64,000 nucleotides of DNA from Chloroflexota bacterium (GTDB lineage Bacteria; Chloroflexota; UBA11872; VXOZ01). The stretch lies in assembly GCA_963662335.2 (NCBI GenBank), contig CAXXVD010000005.1, positions 544,001-608,000 of the forward strand, given 5' to 3'. Below the pieces are notes generated by a model. That model was not told the origin of the DNA and searched no databases. It saw nothing but the letters and a program-made list of their open reading frames with translations. The position numbers were made by a program, and so were the translations under genes. Positions 1 to 8,701 of this stretch are shown piece by piece (position 1 is the stretch's first letter; each line of letters opens with the position of its first letter).

Positions 1-450
1 CGGGGTGTCGTCTTCCTTGACCCCTTTGGCATGCAAGTGCCTTGGGACACTATTGCCGACATGGGCGCAACCAATGCAATTGAGGTGTTCATCAATTTCC
101 CCGTGGGTATGGCCATCCAGCGACTGCTCAAGCGCAGCGGCGAATTCTCCGATGTAGAGCGCGAAAAGCTCGACAGCTACTTTGGTACCGACGAATGGTT
201 CGATTTGCTCTACCGGACTCGGCAAGATATGTTCGGTGACACTACGGCCAAGATCCAGAACTCTGGCGATGTTCTTGTGAAGTGGTACCGCAAACGGCTC
301 AAGGAAGTCTTTCGCTATGTTTCCACTGCGCGGGAAATTCGCAATACCAGGGGCCGGCCACTGTACTACCTAATTTTCGCCGGGCCAAATCAGACAGGCG
401 CAAGAATAGCGAATGACGTACTGCAACAAGGAGCACGGCACATTCGGTAA
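1..450 (+). CDS. tcmP: Three-Cys-motif partner protein TcmP family, C-terminal part (5' end outside window)
   Basis: Frame is open from base 1 (RGVVFLDPFGMQVPWDTI...EVFINFP...PLYYLIFA); FLDPFG and YYLIF motifs are typical of TcmP. Confidence 0.7.
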   Translation, partial: RGVVFLDPFGMQVPWDTIADMGATNAIEVFINFPVGMAIQRLLKRSGEFSDVEREKLDSYFGTDEWFDLLYRTRQDMFGDTTAKIQNSGDVLVKWYRKRLKEVFRYVSTAREIRNTRGRPLYYLIFAGPNQTGARIANDVLQQGARHIR

Positions 451-576
451 GGGGTACGCTATCTTGTAACCATTGGACACCTCGCCTCATATCAGCCATA
501 GGCGAAGCGATTACTTCACGTGGCGCATTTGAGAGTTAGCCTGAGTTGTGAATTGGTAGCAGACGGAGGGATAGCA

Positions 577-843
577 GTGTCAGGGAAGCCAGCGCAAGCC
601 AGGGCGAGTAATGAGAGAGAACGGCCGAAGATCTACGTAACCGCGAATGGCGCGCGCTACGTGAAAGCGGATGAGTTGTTGCGCAGCAAGCGGGGACGCG
701 CTGCGGTAGAGAAAATGGCAAAGCTGACGGTCAATCGCCGCGACGGAGAAGCGCGTCCCCAAGGCAGAGATGGACGCTGGCGGGATTCCGATACGGTTTC
801 ACCCGGCAATGACTCGCACCCACCGAAAGACGAGAAGCACTAA
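577..843 (+). CDS. Small basic hypothetical protein
   Basis: GTG at 577 after GGAGGG; 88 aa, no recognisable family. Confidence 0.4.
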   Translation: MSGKPAQARASNERERPKIYVTANGARYVKADELLRSKRGRAAVEKMAKLTVNRRDGEARPQGRDGRWRDSDTVSPGNDSHPPKDEKH

Positions 844-908
844 TCGCTGTACTTGTAGTGGCCTCTTATCCTCTGTAAACATCCGCCGCATTCTTCTGTG
901 AAGACATA

Positions 909-1322
909 TCACGTTAGGCGCGCCTCCTGGCCCTCGGTCGGCCAGCGGCCGGGGACGGGGTAGGCCTCCTCCTCGCCAGGCCAGGGGGGCATGGTGACGA
1001 TGGTGAAGCGCAGGGGGCGCGCGCCGGTGGTGCGGAACTGGAAGTGCGCGCCCACGGGGATGGAGAGACTGACGCCCGGTGCCACGTCCACGATGCGCTC
1101 CTGGCCGTCCAGCCGCCGCCAGACCTGGCCCGCGCCCTCCAGACAGTACCAAACCTCCTCCACCGTGCGGTGCGCCACGGCCACCGAGACCGCGCCGGAC
1201 GGCAGCGTGCAGTGCACCATGCTGCCGCGCGCCGTCTGCGCCAGCAGCCGGATTTCCGACCCATCCGGCGCGAGGGTGTCGTAGTCTTGCGCAAGCTGCG
1301 CGTAGTCTAGGGCTTCGTCCAT
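909..1322 (-). CDS. Cupin domain protein
   Basis: APDGSEIRLL, HRTVEEVWY and IPVGAHFQFR cupin motifs; ATG at 1322 after GAAAGG. Confidence 0.85.
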   Translation of the reverse strand: MDEALDYAQLAQDYDTLAPDGSEIRLLAQTARGSMVHCTLPSGAVSVAVAHRTVEEVWYCLEGAGQVWRRLDGQERIVDVAPGVSLSIPVGAHFQFRTTGARPLRFTIVTMPPWPGEEEAYPVPGRWPTEGQEARLT

Positions 1323-1336
1323 CCGGCTGTATCCTT

Positions 1337-1390
1337 TCACCCCCATCCCCATCTTCCCCCGCGAAGGCAAGGGGTTTTGCAAGAGTTTCC
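1337..1390. repeat. Degenerate REP-like palindrome plus MITE right-end remnant
   Basis: CACCCCCATCCCCATCTTCCCCC...AAGGGGGTTTTGCAAGAGTTTCC resembles 37971-37999 joined to 38172-38198. Confidence 0.4.
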
Positions 1391-1483
1391 ATTGGCATCC
1401 ACGTTCGCTCCTACGCCACCGGCGCAGGGCGATCATACTCTATACTAGAGGCAGGCGGCACACTTCTCTCCCAGGAGCAGCGC

Positions 1484-3541
1484 ATGACGGCCAGCGACCC
1501 GGAACACAGCGAGACGCTTGCACTAGACTTCGACGACGGCAGCGGGTTGCGGGTGGCGCGGGCGCGGTTCGCGGGTGAAGAGAAGTTTGCGTGGTCGTTG
1601 TTCGACGGCTACGACCGCGTGCGCATACTCACCTACTCGGCCGGCGTGGGCGCGCTCGTGCGGCTGTTGGAGCAGCACGAGTTCAGCGACTTCGAGTGCG
1701 TCTTTGGCTGCGAGAGCACCCTGCGCACCCTGAAGGACATCCTGGCGTTCCAGCAGGTAGCCGTCGGCGACACCCGCGCCGCCATCAAGGGGCTCTCCGA
1801 CGAGCGCCACGCCTTCATCCTCAGCCGCGTGCGGGCGGGACAGGCGCGGTTTCGCGTGCTGCGCCAGCAGATTGCCCACGCCAAGCTCTACCTGCTGGAA
1901 AACACGCAAACCGGCGGCACGCGGGCCATCATCGGCTCCGCCAACCTCTCCGAAACGGCCTTTGGCGGACGCCAGTCCGAGACGTTGGTCTGCTTCGACG
2001 ACGACGAAGCCGCCTGGGGCCACTACCTGGGCATGTACGAAGCCATCCGCGACCGGGCGTCCGACGAGATTCCGCTGCCGCCGGAGCGCATCGAGACAGC
2101 CGGGATCGAACTCCAGGAAGCGCCGGTGCTCGCGCCCAACGACCTTGCAACCCTGGTGATTGACAACACCGAGACCGAACCGCCGTCCGGCAACGGCCTC
2201 ACCCTCAACGTGCCGGCGCAAATCGAGCGCATCGAGAAGATGAAAGCCGCCCTGCCGCCGGTGGTGGCCAATCTGATTCCCCCGCCGCGCAACGGCCGGC
2301 AGCAGATCACGCCCGACGTCCGGCGGCGGATCATCAAAGAGTCCAGCCGCATCCGCTCGGTGCAGTCCGAGGAGGAGGCCGACCACCGGCAGCTATCCAT
2401 CGACCGGGACGCGCAGACCGTCACCCTGAATGGCGCGCCGTTCTCGCTCGCAGCCAATCTCACCGCCGCCAAGAGCGACGCGGACTTGCTGGCCGGCTTC
2501 TTCCGCAACTACGAGGGCACGTTCGAAGGCGGCCTGGGCGTGGCGCGGCTCCAGCGGGACTATTTCATCCTCTGGTCGTGGCTCTATTTCGCGCCGTTCA
2601 TGTGCGACCTGCGCACGCTGGCTGGGCACCAGGGCGACATCTTCCGCTTCCCCTCGTTCGCCATCGTCTACGGCAAGCCCTCCTGCGGCAAATCGAGCCT
2701 GATTGACACCCTGATGACCTCCATGTTCGGCAAGGCGTATACCATTGACAAGCGCGAGTTCACCAAGGCCCGCTTGCGCGACGTCCAGCACGCCTACCAG
2801 CGCTTTCCCGCCGTGTTCGACGACATTGGCAGAACCGCCATCCGCAACCACGGCGAGGACGTGATCAAGGACGAAAACCCGCCGCTGGTGGCCGAATACC
2901 CCTGTTTCGTGCTCTCCATGAACCAGGAACTCAAGGCCTTCAGCGACCAGATTGTCAAGCGCAGCCTGATGATCTACACCACTACCGCGTTGCCGTCCTA
3001 CAAGGAGAGCCTGCGCCACGACCTGCACCTGAAGATACAGCAGGTGCGCCGCGGCCTTTCCACGCACCTCTACCGCGAATACCTGCGGCGCACGCTGGCG
3101 GAACTGGCGGAAAACCCCAAACCCGATGACTGGCTGGCGTGCTCGTCCACCATCCTGGCCGGCCTGATCGGCGACCTGCTGGAGCAAGACCCGCCGCCCT
3201 GGTGCGCGCCGGTCACCTGGGACGACTACGCCGGCAAGCGCCACGAGCGCGTCAAGTCGCAACTGGAACACCTGCTGCGCCCGGCCACCCGCATGAAACG
3301 GGAAGGCGACCTGCCCACCGGCTGGCTCCTGGAAGACGATACGGTCATCGTCATCGAACAAACCGACACCTTCGGCCGCCGCGAGTTCGCTTGGGAAAAC
3401 GTCCCCTCAACCCTCATCGACGACAACGCCAGCGTCGGCGGACGCACGGTGCTAAACCGGCGGGAATTGGAGGAATTTTTAGGGGCGAAACTAAGCGGTC
3501 GGGGAAATAGCCTGCTCAATAGGCTCTTGGGCAAAATGTGA
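1484..3541 (+). CDS. PLD-family (HKD-type) nuclease fused to a P-loop NTPase; candidate defence protein
   Basis: HAKLYLL...IIGSANLS PLD motif; Walker A GKPSCGKS; Walker B AVFDD; ATG at 1484 after AGGAG. Confidence 0.75.
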   Translation: MTASDPEHSETLALDFDDGSGLRVARARFAGEEKFAWSLFDGYDRVRILTYSAGVGALVRLLEQHEFSDFECVFGCESTLRTLKDILAFQQVAVGDTRAAIKGLSDERHAFILSRVRAGQARFRVLRQQIAHAKLYLLENTQTGGTRAIIGSANLSETAFGGRQSETLVCFDDDEAAWGHYLGMYEAIRDRASDEIPLPPERIETAGIELQEAPVLAPNDLATLVIDNTETEPPSGNGLTLNVPAQIERIEKMKAALPPVVANLIPPPRNGRQQITPDVRRRIIKESSRIRSVQSEEEADHRQLSIDRDAQTVTLNGAPFSLAANLTAAKSDADLLAGFFRNYEGTFEGGLGVARLQRDYFILWSWLYFAPFMCDLRTLAGHQGDIFRFPSFAIVYGKPSCGKSSLIDTLMTSMFGKAYTIDKREFTKARLRDVQHAYQRFPAVFDDIGRTAIRNHGEDVIKDENPPLVAEYPCFVLSMNQELKAFSDQIVKRSLMIYTTTALPSYKESLRHDLHLKIQQVRRGLSTHLYREYLRRTLAELAENPKPDDWLACSSTILAGLIGDLLEQDPPPWCAPVTWDDYAGKRHERVKSQLEHLLRPATRMKREGDLPTGWLLEDDTVIVIEQTDTFGRREFAWENVPSTLIDDNASVGGRTVLNRRELEEFLGAKLSGRGNSLLNRLLGKM

Positions 3542-3586
3542 TTGGTACAGTCAGACTGAGGTTTGAATTCAACCCTGACTAGCTGC

Positions 3587-6500
3587 CTATGCGACTTCCG
3601 GATGTATTTCTCCGTTCTCGGTCGAGAGTTCCGCCTGCCGCAGGACGAGTTGCGTCGCGTCTTCCGCAAGGTCTGGCGGATACCCGTACTTGGCAAGAAG
3701 CCGACGGACGCTGCGCCGCAGATCCGCCCGTACAGATTCTCGCTCAGTCCAGTCGAGTCTCGGCATCCTCTTGATCATCTCTGTGAGTTTCCTGGCCATG
3801 AGCCGGAGAGTGTCGTTCTTCATGACCTCTCTAGCCGATTCATTATCCGCGAGGGCGTCGTAGAAGGCAGATTCCTCAGTGCTCAAACCGAGTTCCTCAC
3901 CGCGTCGCTGGGCATCTCGCAATTCCTTCGCAAGACTGATGAGGTGAGTGATCATCTCGGCAGTTGTAATCGCTTTGCTTGAATAGCGCTGCATGGCGTC
4001 TTCAAGCGCCTTGCGAAAGTTCCGACTTTGCACGATGTTCGTGCGCTCGGTATTGCGTATCTGGTCGTTTAACAGTTTTCGCAGCGTCTCCAGAGCCAAG
4101 TTTTTCTGCTCGAGTGAGGCTACCCGACTGAGGAATTCGTCGCCGAGTATATCCAAGCGGGCTTCGTCTAGCCCTGCGACTGCGAATAGATCGATTACCT
4201 TGTCCGCTTCAACCGCGCCGCCGATAACCTGGCGCACGGCGTTATTGATGTCACGCTGTCGGCCGTTTGAGACGCCACTATCGGCGTCGTCTGCCAATCG
4301 CTTGCGTATCATAGCCACAATACGTTGAAAGAACGCAAGGTGCGGGGCGATTTGTTCAGTCTCCGGACGGGGAACCGCAAGCGCAAACGCTTCCGAAAGT
4401 TCCTTGACAAGGGCCCGCAGCCGCTTCCAACCATCGTCCTGGCCGAATACATGGTCAATCACCTGGAGATATTCGTTCAATACGCGCTCTGGCTCAACGC
4501 GCAGCGCTTGCTCATAGTCACAGCCGTGGAAGAACGCCACAAGCTTCTCGAAAGCCCCCAGCATTGCCGGCACTGCTTCATCTTGCACCTGCTTTACCGG
4601 TTCACCCATCCCACCGGCTTGAGTATAGATTGCGAGCGCGTCGGCTAGCTGGTCGGCCAAGCCAAGCAAGTCCACCACCAGGCCACCCGGCTTTTCGCCA
4701 TAAACCCGGTTAACGCGGGCAATTGCTTGCATCAGGTTGTGGGTTGCCAGGGGCTTGTCCAAGTACATGGTGTGGGCCGGCGGGCAATCGAAGCCTGTCA
4801 ACCACATGTCGCAGACGATCACCAAGCGCAGATCGTCCTCGGGGTCCTTGAAGCGCTCGGCAATGCGCTTGCGCTCAGCCTTGATTCGCACGTGACTGAG
4901 CAATGGCTCCTCGTCGTCGTTGGCGCCCGTAACGACCACCTTCATTGCCCCACGCCCGTCGACCGGGTCGTGCCATGCAGGGCGCAGCGCGCGAATAGCG
5001 TCATAGAGGCGCGCCGCGATGTCGCGGCTCATCGTCACGACCATCGCCTTACCCTCCATCACCGCGCGGCGCTCTTCCCAATGGTCGACGATGAACTCAG
5101 CAAGCCGCTCTATCCGCTCTTGAGCGCCGGCAAGAGTCACCAAGGGAACTCTAATGTGCTCTGAAGAGTCCGCTCCCAATGCGTCCGCTTCCGTTGCCTT
5201 CGCCAATTCCTCTTCCGCAACTTTCGCGCCCGCCTCGTCTATCGTCAGCTTGACGATGCGAGACTCGTAGTAGATTGGCTTCGTGGCGCCGTCTTCGACG
5301 GCCTGGCGCATGTCGTATACATCCGCGTACTCGCCAAACACGTGCCGCGTGTTTCTGTCGTGGCGCTCCAATGGCGTGCCGGTAAAGGCGGTAAAGGTGG
5401 CGTTTGGCAAGGCGTCGCGCATCCAGCGCGCGCCGCCCCGCACAAAGCCATACTGGCTGCGATGTCCTTCGTCTGCCATCACGACGATATTTGCGCGCTC
5501 GGAGATGACGCCGCGCCCCTCGGTGAACTTCTGGATAGTAGTGAAGATGACGCCTCCAATTGGGCGGTCAAGACGTTCTGCCAGGTCAGCGCGGCTCGAC
5601 GCCTGGACCGGATTGTCATGTAACAGGGCGCGGCCGGCGGCAAAGGTATCGAACAGTTGATCGTCTAGGTCATTGCGGTCGGTAATCATCACAATTGTCG
5701 GGTTCTCCATGCGCGGCTCGCGCATCAACGCGCCGGCCAGCATGAGCATGGTCAGCGACTTGCCCGCTCCTTGTGTATGCCAAATCACCCCGCCCCGACC
5801 GTCGCCCTCACCGGATGGCGGCTTCAGATGATCGAGTACGCTCGCACGCATCTTTCGCACCGCGCGAAACTGGTGGTATCCAGCAATCTTCTTGGCAATC
5901 TCGCCACGTTCGTCTTCCTCGAAAACAACGCAGGTTCGCAGGTAGTCGACTAGCGCGTGAGGCGCGAACAACCCGCGAATCAAGGCTTCCAGTGTCGGCG
6001 CGCCGCCATCTGCCGGCCGCCAGGGCATGAAGCGGCTGCGCTCGCTCGTTAGCGCGCCAACACGTGTCAAGAGGCCATCCGACACCACCAAGGCCAGATT
6101 GGGCACGAAAAGTTCGGGCGCTGTCTCCCTATAGTGGTCGAGTTGCTCAATAGCGGCATCCAGATTCGCTCCGGCGTCAGCCGGGTCTTTGAGTTCGAAC
6201 ACTCCAACCGGTAGCCCATTCAAGAAGACGGTTATGTCGGGTCGTATGCGCGTCCCCGCTGCACCGGTAACTGTAAGCTGCCGCACGGCCAGCAGATCGT
6301 TCGCCTCAGGATTATCGAAGTCGACAAGGCGAGCGCGCCTGACCTGTGTCTCATCACCATCGGCGCTCGGATACTCCACGTCGACACCATCGGTGTACAG
6401 GGCGTGGAACCAGCGGTTGTTCTGGATGAGCGATTGAGGAGGAGGCCGTGAGATGACGCGCACGACCTCTTCGATTTTGTCGTGTGGAAGAAGTGGATTA

Positions 6501-6667
6501 AGCCGGTGCAAAGCAGCCATGAGGCGGCCCTGCAGGATGCACTGCGAAGTATCCTCTCGCTCTCCCGCGTCATCTATATCTACGCCGCGCTTGGCCGGTA
6601 TGTCTTGGACGCCTAAGTACACGGAGGCGACATCTTCGACGAGTTTTTCGGTAGGAGAGGCAACCAT
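3587..6667 (-). CDS. hsdR: Type I restriction enzyme, R subunit
   Basis: RPD...ELK nuclease motif, WHTQGAGKS, DEGHRSQYG, FTGTP, DMWLTGFD, QAIARVNR. Confidence 0.95.
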   Translation of the reverse strand: MVASPTEKLVEDVASVYLGVQDIPAKRGVDIDDAGEREDTSQCILQGRLMAALHRLNPLLPHDKIEEVVRVISRPPPQSLIQNNRWFHALYTDGVDVEYPSADGDETQVRRARLVDFDNPEANDLLAVRQLTVTGAAGTRIRPDITVFLNGLPVGVFELKDPADAGANLDAAIEQLDHYRETAPELFVPNLALVVSDGLLTRVGALTSERSRFMPWRPADGGAPTLEALIRGLFAPHALVDYLRTCVVFEEDERGEIAKKIAGYHQFRAVRKMRASVLDHLKPPSGEGDGRGGVIWHTQGAGKSLTMLMLAGALMREPRMENPTIVMITDRNDLDDQLFDTFAAGRALLHDNPVQASSRADLAERLDRPIGGVIFTTIQKFTEGRGVISERANIVVMADEGHRSQYGFVRGGARWMRDALPNATFTAFTGTPLERHDRNTRHVFGEYADVYDMRQAVEDGATKPIYYESRIVKLTIDEAGAKVAEEELAKATEADALGADSSEHIRVPLVTLAGAQERIERLAEFIVDHWEERRAVMEGKAMVVTMSRDIAARLYDAIRALRPAWHDPVDGRGAMKVVVTGANDDEEPLLSHVRIKAERKRIAERFKDPEDDLRLVIVCDMWLTGFDCPPAHTMYLDKPLATHNLMQAIARVNRVYGEKPGGLVVDLLGLADQLADALAIYTQAGGMGEPVKQVQDEAVPAMLGAFEKLVAFFHGCDYEQALRVEPERVLNEYLQVIDHVFGQDDGWKRLRALVKELSEAFALAVPRPETEQIAPHLAFFQRIVAMIRKRLADDADSGVSNGRQRDINNAVRQVIGGAVEADKVIDLFAVAGLDEARLDILGDEFLSRVASLEQKNLALETLRKLLNDQIRNTERTNIVQSRNFRKALEDAMQRYSSKAITTAEMITHLISLAKELRDAQRRGEELGLSTEESAFYDALADNESAREVMKNDTLRLMARKLTEMIKRMPRLDWTERESVRADLRRSVRRLLAKYGYPPDLAEDATQLVLRQAELSTENGEIHPEVA

Positions 6668-7389
6668 CAGTCGTCCTCATCCTCACGCCCTGGATCCTGC
6701 AAAGCGAGTACTTCGTCGTCACGCTCAGCGATGAACTCGTTCAGCGCCAGCTTGTACGCCTCTAGGTCTACGCGAAACAGCACTAGGCTTGGCGGCAGTA
6801 CCAATTCGCCGATCTGTATCAACTCATGGTCGCCATCAAATGCCTCATTGAAGTCTGAGTGGTCATCGTAGTGGACACGTTCTCCTGGAGTCCGACTGCT
6901 CGCGTCACGATGGGTGCGGTAGAGGAACGCAGCGACTGTATCCGCCGCTTGTGCGGCAAGCGTTGCTTGCCGCACATCCAGCCGGGCGGCAAAGGCGTCG
7001 CGTCCGTGGGCTGCCATGCCATACCTGTTGCGGAGTTCGCACAGGCCCTGAATTGTCTGAAGCATCCCACGAATTGTCTTCTCAATGGATCGCCTTGCCA
7101 TTGCTGGTTCCGGATGGTTGTAGGGCAATAGGTTTAGGTGGTTTGTCGTTTCCCTAAGCAGCCTTGGCGCGTCCCAATTCGGCTCGACTACTTCGCCGAG
7201 GTCAGCGAGCACAGTCTTGCAAACAGATTCGACTAAGGTCTTTGAAAGATCAAAAGCGAAGTCGGGGACACTCTCCAACGCCCTTTCTATCGCGTCAATC
7301 TGCTGCTCAATGGGTTCAGCACTTGGGCCGTCCAAAATTGCGGAACGAGCGCCGACCATTTGGAAACGGTCTGTGGATGATTCAGCCAT
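6667..7389 (-). CDS. Abortive infection family protein (Abi_C / AbiJ C-terminal-like)
   Basis: SKTLVESVCKTVL and GLCELRNRYGMAAHGRD motifs; overlaps the hsdS stop and hsdR start. Confidence 0.75.
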   Translation of the reverse strand: MAESSTDRFQMVGARSAILDGPSAEPIEQQIDAIERALESVPDFAFDLSKTLVESVCKTVLADLGEVVEPNWDAPRLLRETTNHLNLLPYNHPEPAMARRSIEKTIRGMLQTIQGLCELRNRYGMAAHGRDAFAARLDVRQATLAAQAADTVAAFLYRTHRDASSRTPGERVHYDDHSDFNEAFDGDHELIQIGELVLPPSLVLFRVDLEAYKLALNEFIAERDDEVLALQDPGREDEDD

Positions 7390-8701
7390 CAGCAACCTCC
7401 ACGCGAACCTGACCATTCAGCAGTGGCGGGAGAAGGTAGTCGCGCACTTTGACCAAACTCTCTGTTTCTCTAATGCAAGCTGCGAGCAGTTCGAATAGCG
7501 GATCTACCGACTGACTGTAGGCAACAACAATATCGCCAGATGGCACAGTGATTGGAATCGTTCGGAAATTCCTCTTGCTAATCTCAGGGAATGCGGTTCC
7601 ACTCGCCCGGGATTCTATAGTCTCGATCCTACTGTGGGCCCAGTTCAGAACGAAAGTAGGTGGCAGCGGGCCATCACAGATCATCGCAATAAACCCCTGG
7701 TTGACCGCTGTTGGCACGCCTGATATCGCCAAATAGCCTACCGGGGCCCGTGAAGACATTAGCACAGTACCAACAGGAAGCAGTCCAGAGCTAATTTGAT
7801 CTATCCCTGCGTCCGTGATGTACCGCTCCGTATCAAATAGCAACGGATGCGAGAGACGTGACAGATCCCTAGGCGTTGCCCAGCAATGTTCTCCTCCTTC
7901 CCAAAAGTCCGGGTTCTTCGTGCTCGGTGTACCGCCACCCTTTATCGTGACCACATCGCCGATATCCGCCACTTCCCAACCCATTGGAACGGGACCGCTG
8001 TCGGAATCGACAACGGTGTCAGGGAGAGCGTCGAAGACATGCTGTGGCATGGAGGGGAAAGAACCAGCGCCGGCGGCTTTGGCTTTCACTGGCGTGAAGT
8101 CCACGAACCACGCCCGAAAGATCGCCCGCGCCAACCGCTCCAGCAGCTCTGCTGTCAGACGGTTTTGCTCGATCTTTTCATCAAGTGCGCCTAGAACACC
8201 AGCGATAGCATGTTGCTTCTCGAGCGAAGGGAGAATTGCCCTAAAATCGCAAATGCGGCTGGGTGAAGTGTGTCGTACGGTTGAGCCTGAAGCCGTAGCC
8301 AGCACGTGATGCCGATAGTCGTCCCCCCTTAGTAGATAGTATAGATAGTGTCGATCCAACGGAGCATCGGGATGAATCTGAACCAGTCCGATCCTTTGAT
8401 TGTGCAAATAGCGCCGGTCAGTCGAATCGGGTATTAATGCAGGATAGCCAAGTGTATCTCCACCTCTGCTAAGGTCGGTCATGGTTACTACAAGGTCACC
8501 AGCTTGAAGGACGTAACCATCTGGGATCGGGCCCGCATAATACTTCCTTCTTGCATCTTGAAATCCACCTCCAATTGCAAAATTGGCGGGCGTAAGCAAT
8601 ACGTCGGTTCCAACCACATCCGTGAAGTAAGCACTCTTGAACGCAAAGCCATGTTTCACGCTAATGTAATCGCCAAGTTTGGATGGTAACTTGCTATTCA
8701 T
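7382..8701 (-). CDS. hsdS: Type I restriction enzyme, specificity subunit
   Basis: Two TRDs (HGFAFKS; GGGTPSTK...SSRAPVGY...NQGF), PSLEKQHAIA...LDEKIE spacer, RDYLLPPLLNG end. Confidence 0.93.
   Translation of the reverse strand: MNSKLPSKLGDYISVKHGFAFKSAYFTDVVGTDVLLTPANFAIGGGFQDARRKYYAGPIPDGYVLQAGDLVVTMTDLSRGGDTLGYPALIPDSTDRRYLHNQRIGLVQIHPDAPLDRHYLYYLLRGDDYRHHVLATASGSTVRHTSPSRICDFRAILPSLEKQHAIAGVLGALDEKIEQNRLTAELLERLARAIFRAWFVDFTPVKAKAAGAGSFPSMPQHVFDALPDTVVDSDSGPVPMGWEVADIGDVVTIKGGGTPSTKNPDFWEGGEHCWATPRDLSRLSHPLLFDTERYITDAGIDQISSGLLPVGTVLMSSRAPVGYLAISGVPTAVNQGFIAMICDGPLPPTFVLNWAHSRIETIESRASGTAFPEISKRNFRTIPITVPSGDIVVAYSQSVDPLFELLAACIRETESLVKVRDYLLPPLLNGQVRVEVADG

Noticed and set aside
860-920. 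Integron attC sites (GCCTAAC at the cupin end; CGCTAAC at the antitoxin end near 24073)
   Set aside because: No complementary GTTRRRY box or L-box hairpin at a suitable distance, and no intI.
5450-5480. DEGH instead of DEAH in HsdR as a sign of inactivation
   Set aside because: It still fits DExH and all other motifs are intact.
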